A DNA stretch of 63,965 nucleotides, filler included, from Rhizaria sp. SCN 62-66 (lineage: Eukaryota): assembly GCA_001724265.1 (NCBI GenBank). It is 3 parts of 3 records of this genome, joined end to end, with 100 filler letters (N's around TTAATTAATTAA, not from the genome) between each part and the next. Parts side by side here need not be neighbours in the genome. Positions count along the whole stretch, not along the records: positions 26,324 to 51,534 come from MEDY01000423.1; 2 more parts are not named here. The stretch is one strand, 5' to 3'. Below, one piece after another: positions 34,399 through 46,300 of the stretch. The position numbers and the translations under genes were made by a program. Numbering within the stretch: the stretch's first letter is position 1; the number at the start of each line of letters is the position of its first letter. The notes beneath the pieces were generated by a model that did no database searches, was not told the DNA's origin, and was given only the letters and a program-made list of their open reading frames with translations.

Positions 34399-37300
34399 AT
34401 GCGAGGCTCTCGGGCAACGAATGTGCGATGGCACATTGCCGCCTTCGCATTGCTGCTTGCAATCATCTTCGGCGTTGGCGTGACTCCTGTGGCATCACAA
34501 ACAGGAGTTCTTTCGTACTCGAGCAGTAGTGTTACCTGGGATGGTAGCAATGGTAACTCCTTCTACATTCAGGCTTCGTTCGCCACCTCAACAGCTGGCC
34601 GAAACCATGCTACCAACGTCTTCGACAAGTGCATGGTGTGCAATGCGGACGGCACTGCACAGATTGCCATGAATACGGTTGTTGGTCAACCCGGATGTTC
34701 ATGCGTTGACTATCGCACGAACGTCTACTATGGCTTCTTGGACCCTTCGATGTGTGCAAGTGCTCTTGATAAGATCAGCAACCTCTCATGTGCTTTAAAC
34801 ATGTGCGCAGCCCAAGTTCCATCCCCGATTGACTCGGATCCTAAATCATGCACAAACACTTCGTCGCCGACCTACGACTACGACGCTGACACGACTTGGT
34901 CCACATGTACCAGTTCGGGCACCTGTGGTCTCGACGGTGTGCGCACTCGCCAGCGCTACTGCTACAAGTCTGGAACAATCACCGCAAACGCTGTCTTCAA
35001 CACGAGCGTTGCGACCACATGTACCGATGGGCAACCTGAGGAGTCGATGACGTGCGTGTCTGGCACCGCGTCGAGCTGTCCCGCGACCTACATGTGCTAC
35101 AACAACGCCGACGCCTCTAAGGCGCCCGTGGCCTGCGCCTCGGCGTGCAACTGCGAGACGGGCGTCGCCGAGCACCTAGGCCAGACCGTGGGCTGCTTTG
35201 TCAACGGCGTTTATGCGGGCGCCACGTGTCCGTACCCGGCGAATAACACGCGCCCCGCGATCGCCAACCTGACGTGCTCGGCCAATAGTTGTCCGTACCG
35301 CTGTGGCTCCACTGCCGGCTCGCTCGACTACGTCTGCTCCAACTCTCTGTCCACCGCGGCGTACACGACCTGCAGCACCACCTGCGGCATCAATGGCTCG
35401 CGCCAGACGTACCGCACGTGTACCAACGCGTTCGGCCAGGCGGCGGGCAGTAACGCTCCGTGCACTAATACGGCAGTGTTGCCGACCTCGCTCACGCAGA
35501 CATGCGCCGATTTCTCCGCATCCACATGTTTTATGGCCTGGCGCTGCGATGTCAGCGGCGTCTTCCAGGTCTGTACTGGGCTCGACGCGTGCGCCGCTAC
35601 GAGCACTTATTGCGGCACGCCAGCGCGACCCACTTTCAACGCACTATGCCGGCTCGACAACAACGGCGTCGTCAGCACGATCGCCAACACGTACTGCACG
35701 TCTGTCGTTGGCAGTGCACCTGCGCCTGCTGGTGGCAACTGTCCCGATGGCACATTCTGCTCGTTTTCCTGCCGCACATCGACTAATCCGACGCTCACCG
35801 ATTGCTCGGACGCGATGTGGTCCACGACTTGGCCCGCTACGTGCTCCAGCGAGGCCGGCTGCGGCAGCGGCACGCGCACGCGCGAGGTCCGTTGTATCTC
35901 TGGCAGTAATAACTACGCCTCTAACGACGTGCGCTGCAGCTCGCGGACGCAACCTATGACAACCCAGGTTTGCTACGGCTCCGGTTGCGCCGTCCAGTGC
36001 TTCAACCCGCTGGTGTACGATGAGTCCACGGTCGCTGTGGCCAACACAATGGCCTGCAGCAACAGCACCAGTGCGGGCCACTACGGTTGCCCCACCACTT
36101 GCGGCTACGGCACTTTTGTGACAGACGCCGTATGCATCGGCCGCGACATTTCTTCGAACCCGGTCGTGCTGCCACTGAACGACCAGCAGTGTATCAACTC
36201 GCGCGCGCCCTACGACGCGCTGGCCCCCGTGCCCTCGCAGTGCATGGACACATCCACGTGCGTACCTGGTGGCGAGGACGCTCCTCACTGGCGCTGTCTC
36301 GACGGCACCACACCCTACTGTCCCAATGGTGCCTCGTGGTGCCTGTGCGAGAGCCAGTGCACGGAGCTTCTGTGCGGTGATGGTACCATGCAGCTGCGCG
36401 GCGACCTTGTCTGCATTCTTGGCGGCCAAGTGCAAACCAACCAAACCATCTGCACAAGCTATTTGGGCGCCTTCAACTACGCCGCCCTGCACATTGGGGA
36501 GGCCTGTCGCGCGAATCACTGCGACTGGAACTGTGTGCGCGACGCAGCGGGCTTTCCCAAGCCCACGGATGTGTCAAATACTAAGTACCCTGCCGTTAAT
36601 GCCGTTGACGTTCTTGTCTGTGAGGACGACACAAACTGCTTTTCGTGCACGTCCGGTTGTGGCACTGGTAATCAGTCGCGGACGTGTAACTGCGTGCTGC
36701 GCAACGGCAACCCCATTGATGACTCGTATTGCGCAGAAAACCCGCAAACACGGCCTCCCGCCACTGGCGGTTCTTGCGAGCTCTACGTCAATAACGCCAC
36801 GACGTGTCCCCTCGACTGGCGCTGCAGTCTGCCCGCCACGCCGTCGACGCTGCTGCCCTGCGATCAGGTCTGCAGTACCACCTGCGGCACCGGCAACCGC
36901 GGCAACGCGCCGACTTGCGTGGTATCGTTCTCCAACGGCACCGTCGTGACGCTAGGAGCCGAGTACTGCACTGAGTACTTTGCCGCGCCCGATGTCTCTG
37001 AGGGCACGTGCTCGCGCACGTCGTGTCCATACCTGTGTCGCGCCGGCGAAGGCAGCCCCACGACGGCTTGCCCTACCGTCGCGCCCACGTTCGACGAGTC
37101 GCAGCCGTGGACCGCGGTCGCGCCATGGCGCTGCAATGAGGACTGCGGCACTGGCACGCTGAGCACGGAGGTCGTCTGCAATGCGCCCGCACCGACGGGT
37201 CTGACGACGGACTTTACGTGGTGCCTCACCAACGCCGCGCCCGTGCCGCCTACACGCACGTGCACCGATTACGTGGATAACAACGGCGACTGTGATGTCA

Positions 37301-40300
37301 TGTGGCGCTGCAACGGCAATCAGTGCACTCGCACGTGCTCGATGACGTGCGGGCCCGGTGAGTGGCAGCTCACTGAGTCGCCCGAGTCGTGTTACGTGTC
37401 GAGCGCCGGTGGTGCGTGGACCTCGATCCACAGCGGCTACTGCAACGTCGCCTGGAAGGACACCGAGCTGCCCGCAGGGCTCAACACCGAGTGCCGCGGC
37501 AATGCCTGCACGATCGGCTGTGGCGTACCCACGGCCGTCGAGGCCGACGTGTCGATCGCCGTGCTGAGCAGCTGCGACGCCATGGGTTCGATCGGTGACT
37601 GGACACTGTGCTCCGCGACGTGCGGTGACGGCTCGCTGCTCACGCGCAGCGCGTGCGTCAACTCGCTCGATGTGACCGGCCGCGTTGTCTACGACAGCTC
37701 CTACTGCGTCGACAGCACCAGCCCCAACCCGGGTTACACCGTGGTCAATGTCACTGACGACCGCCTTAACACCTCGGTGGCTTGCCGTGACTTCTCTGCC
37801 GCGGCGCAGGGCGACCCAACATGTCGTTATGCGTTTGCATGTCGCAACACTGCGGGCGACTTTGTGCCGTGCACGGATGTCTGCTCCGTCGAGTGCGGTA
37901 ATGGCGTCAACGTGCTGCCCGGTGCAGGCACGCCCGTGTGTGTAACGTGCGCCGCAACTGATGGTGTGTGCAGCTATGAGACGATGCAAGCCGCCGACAT
38001 TGTGGCCAACAGCTATTGCACGGGTACCGGACTTCAGACGCCCGTCGCCAACGGCACTGCGTGCATTGGCGGTGGCTGCGGCTACCTGTGTCAGAACCCG
38101 ACGACGCCTAGTGCAGTGTTGCGCGACTGTATGGACTCCAACCTGCCGCTTGATTACTACAAGCCGTGCTCCAACTCATGTGGTGACGGAACGCGCGTCA
38201 TTCAGCCCGTGTGCGTGATTGACAACTCGAACCCGTCGGCGCCTGTCATCGACTCCGCGCAGTACAACCCACACTGTGCACACGCGACGCTGCCCTCGCG
38301 CCCACAGATCCCTTGCACTGAGTTCATTCAGAACGCTGCGACCTGTAACATTACGTACCGTTGCTACTCCGTCACAGGCGGCTGGGACGCGGATTGCCTT
38401 CAGGAATGTGGGCTCTCCTGTGGTGCAAGCGCGATGCAGTTCCGCTCCGGTCGCATGCCCTACTGCAGCGCTGACAAGGGTAGCGGTGTTGTGGTGCAGA
38501 TCCCTTCGGACTCGGTCTGCACAGGACTGTCGCTCGTGCAGCCGACCACAGGCACCTACTGCGTCGGCGGCCAGTGCGCGTGGAAGTGCTCCGACTCGAC
38601 CACTGGCGCCGTGCTGGGCGACTGCGCTTCGACGCAGCCCACAGCGCCCCACTGGTCGCGCTGCTCCAACCAGTGTGGCAATGGCTTGCTCGAGACCTAC
38701 GTCGTCTGCGTTGATACGGCTGCGAACACGGTGTACGTTGAAGGCTCTGACGAGGCGTCTGTGCATTGCCTTAGTGCGGCACCGTCAGTGCCTGATGTTG
38801 CCTGCGAAGTCTACGCGCCCAATGTTCTCACGGGCAACGACTTCTGCGGCGTTGAATGGGAGTGTGACCTCGGCGGTGGTGAAGACCTCGTGCCCTGCGA
38901 CCCCGTCTGCTCGCAGTCCTGCGGTGTGGGCACCACCGTGCTCAGTGGCACGCCTGTGTGTCGCATCACCGTCGGCACAGCCGCGGAGATCTCGCGTGAC
39001 GACGACGCATGCGCCCTCGTGACGCGGCCCTCCGCCAACGCGGCGCCGTGTAACGACGGTCTCTGTCCCTGGAAGTGCCGCGTCAACGCTACCGCTGCCA
39101 TGAGCGACTGCGAGGCTGACGAGGATGCTCCCATTTGGTCCGGCTGCTCCAACAATTGTGGTGAAGGTACTCTGGTTACGGACCGTGTCTGTCTCAACAA
39201 CAACACCAACGCCGTCGAGGACTCTTCTTACTGCGCCAACACGCCGGTGCCGTCGTACTCGGTGCCATGCTCCGAGTACGCGGTGGGCACGTGCCAAATC
39301 TCGTGGCGCTGTGAGCAGTCCGATGGGTCGTTCCTGCCCTGCGAGCGTGAATGCAGCAAGGAGTGTGGTGACAGCGTGCAGCGCAACAACGGCGCGCCCC
39401 AGTGCCACACGTACAACACACTGACTTCAACCTACACTTCTGTCGACTTCCAGCTTTGCAAGGATATTATTCCGACCGCGCAGTGGCCTGTGCTCGACGG
39501 CGACGCGCCTGTGGCCTGCAAGGGCGAGCTGTGTCCCTATATGTGCCGCCACAGCGACTACCCGATGTTTAACATTTACGACCTCGTCGACTGTGCCACC
39601 GTCGCCGACGACGCCGCGGGCGCGCCTTACTGGTCTGATTGCTCTGTGGCGTGCTACTGGACGGGAACCAAGAGCAAGGACGTCGTGTGCGTCAACAGCG
39701 ACACGGTGCCCTGGACCGTGCACGAGCTGGCCGACAACGCGCATTGCGCGCGCTCCGGCGATGCGCCCACGCAAACGGTCAACTGCTTCAGCTACGACGG
39801 CACCAATTGCGCCGTGCAGTGGGGCTGCGAAGTCTCTGGCGCGCACGAGACGTGCACGCGCAGCTGCAACAAAGCTTGTGGCGACGGATACTTCGAGCTC
39901 AACGGCCCCGTCAAATGCTTCATCTCCGACAACGGCGGCGCGCTGGTCAGGGTCCCCGACGCCTACAACACCACGTGCGCTGGCATCGCCGCCCCAGCTG
40001 GTATTCCTGCCAACGGACCCAGCGCCGTCTGCGACGGCGGCTACTGCAACCACCGCTGCCACATCGACCCTGTGAACCACTCTGTGCCGCCGTTTGCGCA
40101 GACTGGCGACTGCCAGAGCGAATCACAGTGGGGCAACTGCGACGCTGTGTGCGGCGCTGGTGTCAAGCACACCGTGTCCAAGTGTTATGAGGGTTCGACG
40201 CTTCGTGACGACACGTACTGTCGCAACACCGTGCTCACGCTGCCCACGCCCTTTATTTGCGAAGATTTTACCACGTGTGCTGAATGGCTCTGCGGTGGCG

Positions 40301-43300
40301 TGGCCTGCGCTGCCGTGTGCGCCGGTGACTGTGGGCTGCGTACCACGGTCTACAACGCCGCCCCCGAGTGCTTCGTTAGCGGCGTAAAAACAACGAACAC
40401 GACCATCTGCTCCACGTACGCCGCACCACTGCCGGCAATCGGCAGCAGCTGCAACATGAAGAAGTGCCCCTGGTACTGCCGCAAGGACGTGACGTCGACG
40501 CCCGGGCTCTGTGACAGCGCCAAGGAAGTAACCAACGTCTGGGGCACCTGTAGCAACTCCTGCGGCGTTGGTACGCTTCAGACCAACTATGTTTGCTATA
40601 ACTCCTACGTCGGCTCCGCTGCTGTGGACGCGTCTTACTGCGACAACACGCCGCAGTCTGACTACCCCATCGCCCAGCATGGGTGCGCGCAGTACAGCTG
40701 TGCTGTCGCGTGGAAGTGCCGCGACTCCTGGGACACGGCTGCGTCGGCCTACAACACGTACTCTGACTGCACTCCGCAGTGCAACACGACCTGCGGTACG
40801 AGCCACCAGGTGTACCAGGGCCCCACGCTCTGCATCGTTGGCGGCTCCATCTCCTCCAACGTCACTGTGTGCGAGGAGAGCGCCGCCGCGCTGCCGGCGC
40901 TCGCGTCGGTGTGCACGGGCCGCAACTGCCCCTGGGGCTGCCAGTCCTTCGACGTGCCCGCCTCGACCATGACGTGTGGCTCAGGAATGCCCGACAAGTT
41001 CTACGGCACCTGCAGCAACTCGTGCGGCTCGGGCCAACGCGCGGCCAACGTCATCTGCCTTGTGCCTGAGGGCGATGCGGATCCGGCGAACGCGGCGCAC
41101 TGCGCCGACGTGGCCAAGCCCTCGCCGTCCTCAATCGCGTGCACCAACTACGTCCACAACGCAGGCACGTGCCCGCTCGCCTGGTTCTGCTACACATCTG
41201 GCGGCACGTACGAGTCCTGTTCGCAAGTGTGTACAGAGACCTGCGGTGACGGCTACTATCTGCTCAATGGTCTGCCGCGCTGCACGGTGCGCGTCGGCGG
41301 CTCCGAGCAACCGTTGACGGACCTCACTGTGCAGTCTGCGTCTTACAGCGCCTTCTGTGGCGCGCAGGGCTCCCAGGTCCCGCCATCAGGCACAAGCGAG
41401 ATCTGCAAGGGCCTCAATTGTCCTTTTGCCTGCAAGTCCAACTCGTCAATGACGCTTTACGACTGCACCAACGACTCTTCGCACAACAAGTGGTACGGCT
41501 GCTCTAACGGCTGCGGTGTGGGCACGCAGATCACAAGCATCGGCTGCCACAACACCAAGTCTTCTGTGTGGACCGCGCTCGGCGACCTTGAGGCCGGCAC
41601 GGACTACTGTGCCAACTCAGCCGCCGTGACGCCCGTGGGTCCCGCATGCGAAAACTACGGCTCCAAGTGCGCTGAGTGGCAGTGCGAGTACTACCCTGAC
41701 GCGACGCCCGAGAACCCCACTGCGGGCGCCATGGCGACGCGCGAGTGTGCGCTCGTGTGCTCGGTCGACTGCTCCGTCGGCGAAGACGTGCTCAACGGCG
41801 ACCCGCACTGCTACGTGTCGGGTGTGCGTCAGGCCACCAACACCATTTGCCTCAACTCGGCTGATGTCACGCCGCTGCCGACTACCGGCGGTGAGTGTTG
41901 GGGTAAGAAGTGTCCTTTTAAGTGCCGTCCTGTTGGATCAAGTCAGCTCTTTGAGTGCGACGACGAAGACAACATTTTCGGCGGTGGCTGTGACAATGGA
42001 TGCGGTGCAGGAAACAAGACTTCTGAGATTGTCTGCTTTGACAGCGTCGTTCAGGATCTGAACTCCACGCTCTGCTCGGAGACGCCCGCCGTCGTGCTGC
42101 CTGTCGTGCCCTGCGTGTCATACTCCGGCACCGACTGCTCGCGCTCCTGGAGCTGTCTCGTCGGCGGCAACATCGTGCCCTGCACGTCGACGTGTGACAG
42201 CACGTGCGGTGCGGGCACTTACTTTTACAACGGCGTCCCCGTGTGCCTCGTCAACGATGTCGAGTGGGATGGCACGGGCTCCAACCCCTGTAACATCGCG
42301 CCCGCGCCGACGCTGGATCATCTCCCCACGGGCGCGTGTGTCGGTGAGGCGTGCCCGTACGTCTGTGAGAACCCGAACGTGAACTCAACTGTTATTGATG
42401 TGTGCTCTAATGAAGACGTCTTCGATGGATGCTCTGCCTCTTGTGGTCCTGGCACGAAACTCACCAACATTGTTTGTGCGGAGCCCGCAGGGAGTGGCGG
42501 CTTCACCCCAGTGGATTCCACATACTGTCGCTTGTCGACCATGCCGACACTGTCGCCACCGAGCTGCAATGGGACCACGGGATGTGGTAATGTGAGCTGG
42601 ATGTGTCGTAACTCGCTGAACAACGTCGTCGCGTGCGTGAAGAGTTGTAGTGTAACATGCGGTCTTGGCACTTTCGTTCGTAACGGTGACGTCGGCTGCT
42701 ACCAGAACACCGAGTCTGGTTACGTTGAGGTTGCCTCAGCGAGTTGCTCGTCAATCGCGATGCCCGAAAGTGTTGGTGAAGAGTGCGTCGGCGACCGCTG
42801 CCCGTATCTTTGCCGCCCCGGCGGCTCCACTGACGTGCCGCAGACCTGCAACAGTGCGCCTGCCAACTCGCCCGCGACGTGGTCTTCGTGCTCAACTTCG
42901 TGCGGCGAAGGCACCCGCACTTCTCAGGTTGTGTGCTACAATGCCGCGATGTACCCGACCAACACATCTGATATTTTCTGTGCTGCGACCGACAAGCCGC
43001 AGCTGATCCCTGCTTACGACGCCGCCACCAGCACGTACTCTGTCGCGTGCTCGAAGTACGACCCCGCACAGGGCTGCTCCGTCATCTGGCAATGTCTGCT
43101 CTCCGGTGGGACGTACGCCGACTGCACGGCCGCGTGTGGGGCGACGTGTGGTTCATCGACTGTGGTGACAAACGGCACGCCAACCTGTCTTGTTAACAAC
43201 GTTGTGACCAACTCGAGCGTGTGCCAGAACTACTTGACTGGCCCCGCGATGCCTGCCTATGGTCAAGCATGTAACATGAAGCAGTGTGACTACGCTTGCC

Positions 43301-46300
43301 GCAGCACTGTTACGAATGCACCCTACGTGAGCTGCGACGACACTTCCATTTGGTCAACATGCAGTACCAACTGCGGCAACGGCACTGAGACACGTCGCGT
43401 CTACTGCTACGTCTCATCTACAAACAGCTACCAGACCAGCCTCGATAACTGCGTCAACAATGGCTTCCCGCAACCTTCAACGACACGCTCCTGTGAGAAG
43501 TACGTATACAATGTCAACACGTGTAACATCCACTGGCGCTGCAAGCAGAACGGCGCCAACACGTGGGGCACCTGCGAGGCCCGTTGCCAAACCTCCTGTG
43601 GTGCTAGCACCACCGCACTCTACTACTCTGGTGATACGCTGCCGACGGACCAACCGCCAGCCTGCTACGTTGGCAGCACGCTCGTCCCTGACACCGTGTG
43701 CCTCGCCAACGCTGCGTCACAGGTGCCGACTTACGGCGAAGTCTGTGACTTGAAAAAGTGCCCGTGGCGCTGCGCTGTGCCTGGCGCCCCGGCGACGACG
43801 AACCAGGCGTGCTCGACGCTCGACACGGCCCCGATTTGGTCATCGTGCTCTGAGACATGTGGCTTCGGTACGCGCACGACGCAACTCCACTGCACGGCGT
43901 TGAACGGCAACGTGATTGCGGATCAGAGCGCCTGCGCCAACTCGGTGCGGCCCACTGAGACGATTCCCTGCTCAGAAACGAGTCTATGCCCGCAGTGGTT
44001 GTGTGATGGTCAGCCGTGCGAGCAAACTTGTAGCTCCTGTGGTGTTGGTACTATGATTTATACGAACGGTGTCTTGGGCTGCTACTACAACGGGACCAAG
44101 CAAGCGTCAGAGACGTACTGTACGTCGCGTGGCGTGACCAAGCCCGCCACCAACGTCGAGTGCTCCCCGCGCAACTGCCCGTACATGTGCTATGACAACA
44201 ATAGCACGCTTTCGCTGCTGCACGACTGCGCTAACACCACTGCGCCCATCTGGGGCGCGTGCTCCGGCGTCCCTGGCGGCTACTCCTGTGGTGTTGGTCG
44301 TCAGAATGTCACGCGCACCTGCTCTAATGGGCTCGGTGCGCCTGTGGCGCCTACATGGTGCGAGAACGCCGCTGTGGTCCCGCCGCTTGATCGCGCTTGT
44401 GTCGCCACAGACAACTGCGGCGCGTGGTCGTGTGGCACTAGTACTTCCGCCGTGGTCCCCTGTCAAACCACATGTGAGACGCAGTGCGGTTACGGGCAGA
44501 CTGTCTACACTACGGCTCAGCAACCGCGATGCCTCTATAAGGGCGCCTTCCAGACTGGTGGCAACATCGACAAGTATTGCCCCACGGGCTTCCCCGCGCT
44601 TACGGCATGCAGTGATGTCTCTGGCTGCGCCTGGGGCTGCCGCAACTCGACCGGTGGCACTGTCGCGACGCTCGTTGCCTGCACGGACGATGGTTCTGGC
44701 TCTGGTTGGAGTGTCTGCGACAACGCCAACAAGTGCGGTGATGGTCAGACGACCACTGTGCCGACATGCTTTGACTCCGTGCGCAACGTCATCGTGGCGA
44801 ATCAGACGCTCTGTAGCACTATCCCGGGCCACGGCGTGAGCTCTTCCACACGCACGTGCTCGATTACCACTGGTTGCGGCTCCTGGCTCTGCTACGACGG
44901 CTTCGTGAACAAGCCCACGTCATGTGTGCGCACCTGTCCTTCGGGCTGTGGCGCCTCCACTGATTATCTCGAGAGCTCCATTGGCTGCTTTACGTTTGAC
45001 TCTTTGGGCGCCCCCACGCTGCGCACCGGTTCCGATAAAGACATCTTCTGCGCGGACGGCGTTGCGCAGACGCCGATCCCTGTCCCGGAGCCCTGCACGG
45101 CGACTGACAAGTGCACGTGGAAGTGCGGGCTCGCCTCTGGCAGCTCCTCAGCCACCGTTGGTTTGTGCCAGCCGCTCGACTACTGGCCCTCGTGCCCGAC
45201 TGCCTGTGGCGTTGCTGAAGTCGAACGCACCGTAGTCTGCACCAACACTGCCAACACGACTGCCGTCACCCCCGTTGCTGACTCGTTATGCGCGAGCGCG
45301 GGCACGAAACCGGTCAACAAGACCGAGTGCGAGGTCTTCTCCGGCTGCACATTTAGCTGGAAGTGTGCCTCTTTGTCGGACCCCACCAACTTTAACACTT
45401 GCGACGCGAACGGCGCCGACTTCTCCTCGTGCAGTACCACCTGTGGCACTGGTACCAAGACGCGCGTCGTCAAGTGTTTCGACCACTTGAATCAGCAGCG
45501 CGCCGAGACGCTGTGCACCACCGCCAAGCCTGCTGTCTCTGCGTCCTGTGATGACATGTCGAGCTGCTCTTACGAGTGGGCTTGTTACTCGAACTCCGTC
45601 GCCGTGCGCGATGTCTGTGCGAGTACTGGAACCTGGGGCGTTTGTAGTGCTTCGTGTGGTGTCGGAACGCAGTCTCGCTCCGCCGTCTGCGTCTCGAATG
45701 GTGGCGCTATTCAGAGCAATCTCACTTTGTGTGCATCTGCAGGTGTGGCCCCCGTGGTTTCCCGCGAGTGCTCCAGTGGCACGTCGTGTCTCTACACCTA
45801 TTCGGCCTGGTCCGCCTGCTCGCACACTTGTCTGACTGCGGCGGACACGCTGGCCGGTGTGGTGTCACGTAAGACGCGCACTGCCACGTGCACTACGTCG
45901 ACGGGTGCTGTCACTGTTGACTACTCTCTTTGTGCATCGAAGCCCGCGCCGACGCTGAATGGAACGTGCAGTGTGCCTGCGTGCGGCGCAGTGTCGCCGC
46001 CCGAATGGGTCGCCACCGGTTGGTCTTCGACGTGCTACGGCCGCTGTGGCGCCAACGCTGAGGTGCGCAAGGTCTCGTGCAAGACGACTGACACGCAGCC
46101 CGCAGTTACGGTCGACGACTCTCTTTGCTCGGCCGCGACGCGTCCCGCCAATACGCGTGCTTGCAGCACCGTGACGGTGCAGGAGAACCCCTGCTCGCAG
46201 TCCTCAATCTCCAGCTTCACGTCGGGCTCGTGTGTGCTCGAGACTCTCGTGGCCGAGAACACGACCTACACGGGCACCCAAGTTGGATTCTGCGTGTGTG